This document shows positions 44,058 to 51,825 of a stretch of 64,000 nucleotides of DNA, in pieces. The position numbers and the translations under genes were made by a program. This DNA comes from a virus (taxonomy: Duplodnaviria; Caudoviricetes). Numbering within the stretch: position 1 is the stretch's first letter; every line of letters starts with the position of its first letter. The notes under the pieces are model-generated. The model saw only the letters and a program-made list of their open reading frames with translations. It was not told where the DNA came from and did no database searches. Location of the stretch: IMG/VR virus record IMGVR_UViG_3300017766_003652, positions 1 through 64,000 of that record; one strand, 5' to 3'.

Positions 44058-44936
44058 ATGCAACCCACAAGCGTCCCGGTACTCCCGCCGCTACCAAGCT
44101 CCGCCACCTACGGACCGGAGCAACTCCAGATCTTCACCCGCTTCAATCGGGGCACCTACATGGCCAAGTTCGGCCAGCAAGCCCCGCCTTGGGACAAATC
44201 CAAGCCGATCAAACGCTGGTTCCATACCGGCGCCGCTTCGACGGAGAACTACCTCTACTTCAACGACAGCGCAAAGCAACTCCAGGTCATGACGATGTCC
44301 GCCGAGGAAGCGGCATCGATCAACCTGCCGGGGTCCTATGACTACCCCGCCTACGTTATCGCCCCGACCCCGGCCACCATCATTTCCATGGGCTCCCGGT
44401 ATCCGGTCCGCGCCGATGTCCTCAGCGCCGAGGAGGATGCCAGGGGCCTGGCGGATATCCTCCAGCGGTTTCTCGGTCCGGTCCCGGCGATACAGGTGCG
44501 GGAGAGCGACTCCTTTACCGGGGTCAACCTCGCGGTGGACTGGGGCGCCGAGACCCGGCGAGCCTGGACCGTTGTGATCGGGAGCCAGGCTTACTCCGTG
44601 GGCCTCCTCCTCCGCACCCGCAACCTGAACGGGGTCGGGGCTCCCGGAGTCTGGAATGTCAAAGTGGGCCTCGCCCCGACCTGGGCCCCGGCCAGCCCTG
44701 GCGAGACCGGGGAACAGGATATCCGCCCGGAGGTTCCGATTCCCTGCCGTGCCCTCCAGCAGAACGAGTCCATCCGCCCGCATCCCCTGGGTCCGGTCTA
44801 TATCTACCGCAACGACATGCCGAATCCGTTTGAGACCGCGACCGGAGCCGGCGGCGGCTTCTCGGATAGCGACCGCAACACCCTCACCACGATCCTGAAT
44901 AACACTCAGGTCATTCTCGCCAATACCGCCCAGTAA
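44058..44936 (+). CDS. hypothetical protein, beta-rich
   Basis: AAAGGA RBS; highly biased codon usage. Confidence 0.8.
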   Translation: MQPTSVPVLPPLPSSATYGPEQLQIFTRFNRGTYMAKFGQQAPPWDKSKPIKRWFHTGAASTENYLYFNDSAKQLQVMTMSAEEAASINLPGSYDYPAYVIAPTPATIISMGSRYPVRADVLSAEEDARGLADILQRFLGPVPAIQVRESDSFTGVNLAVDWGAETRRAWTVVIGSQAYSVGLLLRTRNLNGVGAPGVWNVKVGLAPTWAPASPGETGEQDIRPEVPIPCRALQQNESIRPHPLGPVYIYRNDMPNPFETATGAGGGFSDSDRNTLTTILNNTQVILANTAQ

Positions 44937-44960
44937 ACGGCGGTCACCTTCAACCTCAGC

Positions 44961-44988
44961 AGGGCCCCCATCTCCGGGGGCCCTTTCC
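44961..44988 (+). terminator. intrinsic terminator
   Basis: AGGGCCCCC / GGGGGCCCT then TTCC. Confidence 0.55.
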
Positions 44989-45001
44989 ATAGGAGCCTCT
45001 C

Positions 45002-45337
45002 ATGTCCATAGACCTCAATGCCTCAATCGATCTTCTCGATATCTCCACTCACAATGGCCCGGAGAAGACCATGGCCGTGCCGCGGACTACCGTAACCGGG
45101 GATGGTCTCAACCTCGCTTTCTCCGGCATCGCGAACTTCGATATCGATTTGAAACAGGACGCCGCGGATCGGCGCCCCGTCATCCGCATCGGTTTCTACC
45201 TCGATACCCCGGCGCAACTGCTCAAGTACGCCCCGCAACTCCTCGGTATTATCCGGGACCAATGGATCGCTCAGCAGCAGGAATCCAGCTCCACCCAGGC
45301 GACGCCGGAGGTGGGAGGGGGACCCGAGGTACCCTAA
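45002..45337 (+). CDS. hypothetical protein
   Basis: TAGGAG RBS. Confidence 0.7.
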   Translation: MSIDLNASIDLLDISTHNGPEKTMAVPRTTVTGDGLNLAFSGIANFDIDLKQDAADRRPVIRIGFYLDTPAQLLKYAPQLLGIIRDQWIAQQQESSSTQATPEVGGGPEVP

Positions 45338-45399
45338 AGGGTCCCCGGACCGTCCTGGGTCGATCCTAGCGAGAAGTAAAGGGACCGTACAATCAAGCC

Positions 45400-45702
45400 A
45401 TGGCTATAGAAGGACTCACTCAAGCAGAAGTCAAGGTACTGGCAGAAACCTCAAACTTCCCCACCGGGATTCTTGGGACTGAAAGCCTGTTCCCAGCGAA
45501 CCGCCCGTACTTGTCCCGCCTAACGGATATCCTGAAGGATGTCCCTGATGCGGTACTCAACGCAAATTTCAAAGATCAAAGTGCCCGGGAAGAACTCTTT
45601 CGGCGGCACTTGAATAACAGACTCGGTCAGATGGTCCGCTTTATGACCTATGAGCGGCGTAAGAAAGCAAAGGAGCTTAACAATGGACGCGACAAGCGAT
45701 AA
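45400..45702 (+). CDS. hypothetical protein
   Basis: TACAAT-N6-ATG leaderless start. Confidence 0.7.
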   Translation: MAIEGLTQAEVKVLAETSNFPTGILGTESLFPANRPYLSRLTDILKDVPDAVLNANFKDQSAREELFRRHLNNRLGQMVRFMTYERRKKAKELNNGRDKR

Positions 45703-46525
45703 CGTGCTGGCGATGCCGGCCCCGGTACCTCCCGGAGATGAGGAGGGCGGTTCCCTTCTGGAGCTGGCTGATGGCAAGACCTATCGGCTGGTCTTCGATG
45801 GGGTGGCCATCATGGCCCTTGACGATCTCATGGGGATCAACTTCATCGAGGGCAAGTTCATCCCCAATAACGCCACCCGTTTGCGGGCCCTGCTCTGGGC
45901 GTGCACCCGGGCCCATCACCCGGAACTTACCCTGGAGGATGTCGGGGATCTGGTCCTGGCTGCCAATATGACCGGGGTCATGGCTGCCGTTTATCAGCTT
46001 CTCTCCGGGAACGCCAAGAAGGACCCCGATAGCCTGGCGCCGTTTGTCCCCTCCCATCTGGAGGTGGTTGAGAAAGCCCTGGCTCTCTCCGGGCTCCGGG
46101 AGGGTCAGCGGTTCGCCGACCTGGGCTGCGGAGATGGTCGGGTCCTCGCAAAGGCCTTTGCCATTACCAAGACCCATGTCCTTGGGTACGAGTACGATGC
46201 TGGCCGGGCCAAGCAGAGCCGGGACCTGCTGGAGCTGATGAAGATCGATGGCCGGATCGTGGAGGATAAGATTCAGAACGCCGACCTCCTCGGTATCGAC
46301 GTCGTGTTTGTCTACCTCCTGACCGAGAGCAACGCCCGGTTGAAGGCGAAACTCCTCCAGTTCCTCAAGCCGGGGGCCAAGGTAGTCAGCCATGACTTTC
46401 CGATGCCCGGCTGGACGAGCCAGGTAGAGGAGCGGTTCGTGATCGCGGACGGCGACAACCCGGAAGCCGGGATCAGCCACTCGGTCTTCGTTTACGAGAT
46501 CGGGGAAGGGACCCCGGCAGAATGA
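45683..46525 (+). CDS. fusion of tail-assembly-chaperone-like domain and class I SAM methyltransferase (FAM173/DOT1-like)
   Basis: N: YRLVFDGVAIMALDDLMG...LRALLWAC...HPELTLEDVG; C: PFVPS...DLGCGDGRV...GYEYD...DVVFVYLL...LKPGAKVVSHDF; AAAGGAG RBS. Confidence 0.85.
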   Translation: MDATSDNVLAMPAPVPPGDEEGGSLLELADGKTYRLVFDGVAIMALDDLMGINFIEGKFIPNNATRLRALLWACTRAHHPELTLEDVGDLVLAANMTGVMAAVYQLLSGNAKKDPDSLAPFVPSHLEVVEKALALSGLREGQRFADLGCGDGRVLAKAFAITKTHVLGYEYDAGRAKQSRDLLELMKIDGRIVEDKIQNADLLGIDVVFVYLLTESNARLKAKLLQFLKPGAKVVSHDFPMPGWTSQVEERFVIADGDNPEAGISHSVFVYEIGEGTPAE

Positions 46526-46695
46526 GCATCCACATCGAGATAGGCGTTCACCTGGCGATCACCGTGGGGGTGGTCGCTCTCCTAGCCTTTGTAGGGCTAG
46601 CGGCATGGGCCAACCGCAAGCCGGAGATCACAACCAAGAACTTCAACTGCCAGATTCACAAGACCCAGGAGGAGCCGCCCCATGAAGCAGCCTAG
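46522..46695 (+). CDS. 57 aa single-TM protein
   Basis: ATGA coupling; LAITVGVVALLAFVGLAAW. Confidence 0.6.
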   Translation: MSIHIEIGVHLAITVGVVALLAFVGLAAWANRKPEITTKNFNCQIHKTQEEPPHEAA

Positions 46696-47032
46696 CCAGC
46701 CGGCCCTCGAAGGTCTCCCTCCCGAACTGCTCATCCGTGGCAGCCGGGAGGGGGAGCCCCTGGAGACTCCGGAACTTTGTCGGCGGGTCTCGGTGCGGAT
46801 CGTGGCCCCGCTCCTCCTGGAGATCTTCAAACGCAACGTGAACGACCCTGCCATCTGGGCTCGGGTCGTGACCCCGGATATCCCCGCGGATGCCAAGGTG
46901 GTGGGGGTTAGCCTTGATCCCTATGCCGGCTCTGATGTCTTCATCATGATTCTGGAGTCCGCCTCTTTTGCCCCTGTACCTTGGGGGCAGCAGTGTCCGG
47001 AACTCCTGATAACCTTTCATCAGCTACCCTAA
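46682..47032 (+). CDS. hypothetical protein
   Basis: AGGAGGAG RBS. Confidence 0.7.
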   Translation: MKQPSQPALEGLPPELLIRGSREGEPLETPELCRRVSVRIVAPLLLEIFKRNVNDPAIWARVVTPDIPADAKVVGVSLDPYAGSDVFIMILESASFAPVPWGQQCPELLITFHQLP

Positions 47033-47508
47033 TGGCCAAAGCAACAGAGATCGTCGAGGTCCGTTTCATCGGGGTGGTCTATCTGTACCTGAAGGGAACC
47101 CTGTTCTTTCCTATCAAGGTCAGGAGCGAGGTCGAACGCAAGTTTGTCCGTAGCCTCTGGCGAGATAAGGCAAAGGGCAGGACCACCCGGTTTGTCCAGT
47201 TCGAACACCCGCTACTGGCCTCCAGTATGTTCCTTTTGAAGATCCGGTTCTCCGTCGACGAAGAGCCGGTTCAACGGATGTTTGTGGATACCGAAACCAC
47301 TACCGAGGTCCTCTGCTGTCTCTGGGAGGCTCAGAACCACAAGCATGTTGCCCAATATCAGATTCCATCCACTTACTTCATGGGAACCCCGGTACCGGAA
47401 GCCCCTCACAAGTTAAGCTGGGGTGAGATCCTAACTGTAGCCAGGCTCAGGGAACGCTTAAAGGTGGAGGACTCCTTCCCCAAAAAGAAAGGCTGGGTCC
47501 CCTTCTAA
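47032..47508 (+). CDS. hypothetical protein
   Basis: TAATG coupling. Confidence 0.65.
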   Translation: MAKATEIVEVRFIGVVYLYLKGTLFFPIKVRSEVERKFVRSLWRDKAKGRTTRFVQFEHPLLASSMFLLKIRFSVDEEPVQRMFVDTETTTEVLCCLWEAQNHKHVAQYQIPSTYFMGTPVPEAPHKLSWGEILTVARLRERLKVEDSFPKKKGWVPF

Positions 47509-47531
47509 CGCGCCCTATATAATCGAGCCGA

Positions 47532-47571
47532 GGAAAGGCAACCCCCTGACCGGGAGTTGCCTTTTCCTTTT
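47532..47571. terminator. possibly bidirectional intrinsic terminator
   Basis: GGAAAGGCAAC / GTTGCCTTTTCC then TTTT. Confidence 0.65.
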
Positions 47572-47648
47572 GGGTGGGTTAGGCTTGGAATCGGTTAGTG
47601 TGATCGCGGCGGTGCCGGCGTAAGGATCTTCAATCTAGGGAGAAGTCT

Positions 47649-48962
47649 TTGCTAGACACCGCTACAGGCTGGCGGGCTGTCATCAACAGCCACCCGGAGC
47701 TTCTCAGGAAGCTCACGCCCCGCTTCAACAAGTACATTCCCATACGCCCCAATGCGAAGCAATGGGTCGCCCTCCTACTTAACAACGTCCCGGAAGTTTT
47801 CTATGGTGGCGCTGCCGGAGGGGGCAAGACTGACTGGCTCCTCGCCGAGGCCCTCCAGTATGTTGACGTCGAGAACTATGCGGCGCTCATCCTCCGCAGA
47901 ACCTACAGCCAGCTGGATATGCAGGACTCCATCCTACATAGAGCCCACCTATGGCTCCGCAACACTGAGGCGATCTGGCAACCCAAGCAGTACAGGTACC
48001 TATTCCCCTCGACCGGGGCCACTGTTACCTTTGGCTATCTGGAGAATGAGGCTGACAAGTACCGATATGACGGCCCAGCGTTCCAGTGCGTTTGCTATGA
48101 TGAGCTAACCCACTTTAAGGAGTCACAGTACACCTTTCTGGCCAGCCGCCTCCGCAAACCTCCGGGGATGCCCGTTCCCCTCCGCCTCCGATCCGCTAGC
48201 AACCCGGGAAACTTGGGGCATGGGTGGGTGAAGGATCGGTTCGTTAAGAGCAACTCAGCCGACCGCATCTTTGTACCGGCCAAGCTGGAGGATAACGCCG
48301 AGCACGTTGATATCGCCTCATACGAACGCTCCTTTGCGATCCTTGATCCGATCACCCGCAAACAGCGGCGGGAAGGGGACTGGGATGCGGATATCGAAGG
48401 GGCTTACTTCAAACGCAGTTGGTTCACACAGTTCGTAGATGCCGAGCCCGCCAAACTACATGCGGCCCGCGCATGGGATCTGGCAGCGACCCAGGGAGCG
48501 GGCGACTTTACCTCCGGGGCCAAAGTAGGGACCGACCCGGACAAACTATGGTATGTCTGCGATATCAAGTCCGGGCAGTACTCCTCCCTCACTGTACGCC
48601 GGTTAATCCGGCACGTAGCGGAGACTGATGGAAAGATACCTATCATTCTGGAGCAGGAACCTGGGTCTGCCGGAAAGACCGTTGCTGAGGACTACATCCG
48701 GCAGCTGGCCGGTTGGCGAGTTGAGGCAATTCCCTCGACCAAGAAGAAGTACATCCGGTGGCAGCCCTTTATCTCTCAGTGTGAGGCGGGCAACGTAGTC
48801 ATCGTGAACGGGGCCTGGAACGTCTCTTTCTTTCAACAGCTGTTCTCTGTACCCTTCTCCGCCCATGATGACGATGTCGACTCGGTGACCTCGGCGTTCA
48901 ATTGGTTGGCAAAGAATCCCTCTGGCAGATTCGGTATTAGTTTCCTAGGAGGTCGGCGATGA
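47649..48962 (+). CDS. terL: terminase large subunit
   Basis: YGGAAGGGKT Walker A, YDELTHF Walker B, ASNPG, AWDLA, EQEPGSAGK, HDDDVD; TTG start after GGGAGA. Confidence 0.95.
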   Translation: MLDTATGWRAVINSHPELLRKLTPRFNKYIPIRPNAKQWVALLLNNVPEVFYGGAAGGGKTDWLLAEALQYVDVENYAALILRRTYSQLDMQDSILHRAHLWLRNTEAIWQPKQYRYLFPSTGATVTFGYLENEADKYRYDGPAFQCVCYDELTHFKESQYTFLASRLRKPPGMPVPLRLRSASNPGNLGHGWVKDRFVKSNSADRIFVPAKLEDNAEHVDIASYERSFAILDPITRKQRREGDWDADIEGAYFKRSWFTQFVDAEPAKLHAARAWDLAATQGAGDFTSGAKVGTDPDKLWYVCDIKSGQYSSLTVRRLIRHVAETDGKIPIILEQEPGSAGKTVAEDYIRQLAGWRVEAIPSTKKKYIRWQPFISQCEAGNVVIVNGAWNVSFFQQLFSVPFSAHDDDVDSVTSAFNWLAKNPSGRFGISFLGGRR

Positions 48963-49615
48963 AGCGCATCAAGATCAGCCCTGCGCAAGATAAGCGGGAG
49001 GGAACCTCCACCGTACCGGCTTCCCGGGTCCAGGTTAGCCGCCTCAAGATCAAGCCCCACGGGCACGCGGAAGTGGAAATCTATCCGCTGGTTCTACGCC
49101 TGGTCAAGCGGTGCTATAAGGGCATCGCCGAGGATGGCCGGCTAGAGTATCAAGACCTTATCAGTGAAGGGGTCCTCGCCGTACTGGAATGCCTACGCCG
49201 GTACAAACCGCCCAAGGGTAAGGCAAAGCCTACCAAGTTCTCGACCTTTGCGTTCTTCCGGATAGTCGGAGCCCTCAAGGATGTCGTCAAGAAGCAGGAC
49301 AAGTTTGGGGTACGGATACAGCTCGTGGGCGGGGATGAGTTTGACCAGCAGGTAGCCCGCCCCAGTTTCCTGGAAATGGATGTCTCGAACCGGGAACTCT
49401 TCCTGAAGGTTATCCAGATCATAGAGAAGAAACTCCCGCCGACTCTGGCGGTCGTGCTTATCCGGTCCTACCTGGAGGAGTGGCCGGATCGAACCATAGC
49501 CAAGGAGCTGGGGGTTACCTTGGTTCAACTTGAAATACTCCGGCAAAAAGCTCTGGAGGGGGTACGCCACCAGCTCCCTGTATCCCGGAAGCAGTTTGGA
49601 ACCTGGGTCGGATGA
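48959..49615 (+). CDS. sigma70-family RNA polymerase sigma factor (group 3-like)
   Basis: region 2 QDLISEGVLAVLECLRRY...KFSTFAFFRIVGALKD; region 4 HTH RTIAKELGVT. Confidence 0.85.
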   Translation: MKRIKISPAQDKREGTSTVPASRVQVSRLKIKPHGHAEVEIYPLVLRLVKRCYKGIAEDGRLEYQDLISEGVLAVLECLRRYKPPKGKAKPTKFSTFAFFRIVGALKDVVKKQDKFGVRIQLVGGDEFDQQVARPSFLEMDVSNRELFLKVIQIIEKKLPPTLAVVLIRSYLEEWPDRTIAKELGVTLVQLEILRQKALEGVRHQLPVSRKQFGTWVG

Positions 49616-49641
49616 GATTCGATAACTAGGGAAGGCAAATC

Positions 49642-51045
49642 ATGCAAAGTTCTCTCATTAAAACAATCACGGCGCCGATCAGTACGGTCTGGTCCGCTTT
49701 CACCAAGAGTGTAGCGGTCCGGGCTGCCTCCATGAAGTTCCAGGCAGTCCGAGGTGTGTTCTCGAACCCTTATGATGGCATCAGTTTCCATCAGGCCTGC
49801 CAGCTTGGGTACAAAGGACTGGTCTGGGTGTACCGCTGCATCAATGCCTACGGTGATGCGGTGGGCAGCGTAAAGTGGGTCGCCTACCGAGTGAAAGAGG
49901 ATGGCTCTGAGGAGCTGCTCCCGAATCATCCGCTGGAGCAACTCGCCAATAAGCCGAACCCTTACATGGCGAGGAAAGAGTTCTACAGCCTCTGGGGAAT
50001 CTACCTGATGCTGGCCGGGGAATCCTATTGGGAAGTTGCCTATGACTCCAAGAAGATGCCGCGGTTCCTGTATCCTGTCCGGCCCGATTGGATCAACGCG
50101 ATTCCGCACCCGGTGACGTTTATCAATGGCTACCTATTTGATCCGGGCGGTGGCGAGAAACCTACCCGCATGGAGAACGACGAGATCGTTTGTTTCAAGT
50201 TCCCGAACCCGGAGAATGACTATAAGGGGCTCTCGCCTCTATCGGCTGGTATGCGGACCCTGGAAACGGAGAACCGCATTATCAATTGGAACAATAGCCT
50301 TCTCGAAAACAATGCGGTTCCCGGTGGTGTCCTCTCGGTCCCCTCCACCTCCCTGGAAACCACGGAGCGGGACGATCTGGTCAGGACCCTGGAAGAAGAG
50401 TACTCGCGGCGTAACGTACACCGGCCTATGGTCCTCTGGGGTGGGATGCAATGGACCCAGATGTCCCTATCACAAAAGGATCTGGATTTCGCCGGCTTGA
50501 AGAACCTGACCAAGCAGGAGATTCACGGCGTGCTCGGCGTGCCGGAGGAGTTGACCAACGCAAACCCCGCGGCCAAGTACGAGAACAAAGCCCAAGCGCG
50601 GACCATGTTCTGGGAGGATCGGGTCCTTCCTCTCCTCGATTGGCTGACCAACACTTTCAACATGCGGCTCGCCCCTTTGTACGGGGATGGAGTCCTGCTC
50701 CGTGCCGACATCTCCAATCATCCGGCGATGATTGACGCCTTCATCCGCAAGGTGAACACGGCGAAGATACTTGTCGAAGCCGGCTGGCCTTTGAACGGGG
50801 TCAATCGCCGGCTAGACCTGGGCATGGGTGATGTTGCTTGGGGCAACGTGGCTTGGATGCCCTCCAGCAAGGTTCCGGTCGGAGATGAGGAAGGCCACCT
50901 GCTCGATCCCACCAACCTCCCGGACCCGGAGGAGGAAGACCCGGCTGATCCTATCGAGGAGCCGGATGAGGACGAGGCCGAGGCTGAGGCCCGGCAGGAA
51001 GACGTTTCCGAAGACAAACCAAAGAAGCCGAAGAAGGGGATCTAA
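49642..51045 (+). CDS. portal protein, HK97 family
   Basis: VYRCINA, HPLEQLANKPNPYM, LAGESY, PVRPD, GLSPL, NAVPGGVL, LGVP; acidic tail. Confidence 0.93.
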   Translation: MQSSLIKTITAPISTVWSAFTKSVAVRAASMKFQAVRGVFSNPYDGISFHQACQLGYKGLVWVYRCINAYGDAVGSVKWVAYRVKEDGSEELLPNHPLEQLANKPNPYMARKEFYSLWGIYLMLAGESYWEVAYDSKKMPRFLYPVRPDWINAIPHPVTFINGYLFDPGGGEKPTRMENDEIVCFKFPNPENDYKGLSPLSAGMRTLETENRIINWNNSLLENNAVPGGVLSVPSTSLETTERDDLVRTLEEEYSRRNVHRPMVLWGGMQWTQMSLSQKDLDFAGLKNLTKQEIHGVLGVPEELTNANPAAKYENKAQARTMFWEDRVLPLLDWLTNTFNMRLAPLYGDGVLLRADISNHPAMIDAFIRKVNTAKILVEAGWPLNGVNRRLDLGMGDVAWGNVAWMPSSKVPVGDEEGHLLDPTNLPDPEEEDPADPIEEPDEDEAEAEARQEDVSEDKPKKPKKGI

Positions 51046-51049
51046 GACT

Positions 51050-51736
51050 ATGCCGGTTACCATCGACCAGACAACCCACCGCCTCCCCGTGGATCAGTAC
51101 TTCAACATTCCACAGGTGAAGTCCTCGGTGGTGCTGCACTTTACCGCTGGAGGATCTGTAGCCGGGGCTGTCGCCGCCTGGAGGAGCGACTTGCTCCAGG
51201 TAGGAACCGCCTACATTGTGGACCGGGAAGGGGCGATCTTTGAAATCTTCCCACCGCAATGTTGGGCGTACCATCTGGGCATTCGAGGGGCGGACGCCGA
51301 GCATCGGGAGGATAAGCGGAGCATCGGCATTGAGCTGGTGAACTTTGGCCCCCTCCGTTATCAGAGCCGGGTCCCTGGTCAGGACCCCACCGGCAGAGAT
51401 GGTACTCTCTACTGCTGGCCCAACATATGGCGGACCCCGTACTGCCTGGGTCACGAAACCGGCAAGTACATTAAGCAAGAGTACAGAGGCGAGAAGTACT
51501 TCGCCACCTACACCGAGCGCCAGATCACGGCAGCCTCCGCCCTCACCGCCTACCTCTGCGACCGGTTCCGTATTGAGCCCCGGTTCCTCCAGGCAACCGG
51601 GCTGGAGGAGTTCAACCTTCAGAAGGCGATGGCCCACAAAGGCATCCTCAGCCATCAGAACTACCGGTCGGACAAGACCGATGTCGGACCGGCTTTCCCC
51701 TGGGAACAGTTCAAGCACAGCTGGCTGCTCCCTTAA
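51050..51736 (+). CDS. N-acetylmuramoyl-L-alanine amidase (Amidase_2), probable endolysin
   Basis: VVLHFTAG, AYIVDREG, AYHLG, SIGIELVN, SHQ...KTDVG; start reassigned to 51050. Confidence 0.88.
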   Translation: MPVTIDQTTHRLPVDQYFNIPQVKSSVVLHFTAGGSVAGAVAAWRSDLLQVGTAYIVDREGAIFEIFPPQCWAYHLGIRGADAEHREDKRSIGIELVNFGPLRYQSRVPGQDPTGRDGTLYCWPNIWRTPYCLGHETGKYIKQEYRGEKYFATYTERQITAASALTAYLCDRFRIEPRFLQATGLEEFNLQKAMAHKGILSHQNYRSDKTDVGPAFPWEQFKHSWLLP

Positions 51737-51825
51737 ACCCCGCGGATTTCTCGCGGATTCCCTGCGCCACGCGATTTCAAACCCCGGTTAGGTGCCCAAG
51801 GTACCCCGGACCCCTAGAGAAGCCC

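Noticed and set aside
1282-51049. Upstream-extended starts in the ORF track (1282, 2435, 9075, 13946, 16892, 29831, 33747, 34939, 42691, 50828)
   Set aside because: The extensions overlap upstream genes, while downstream ATGs have SD sites or stop/start coupling and match domain boundaries.
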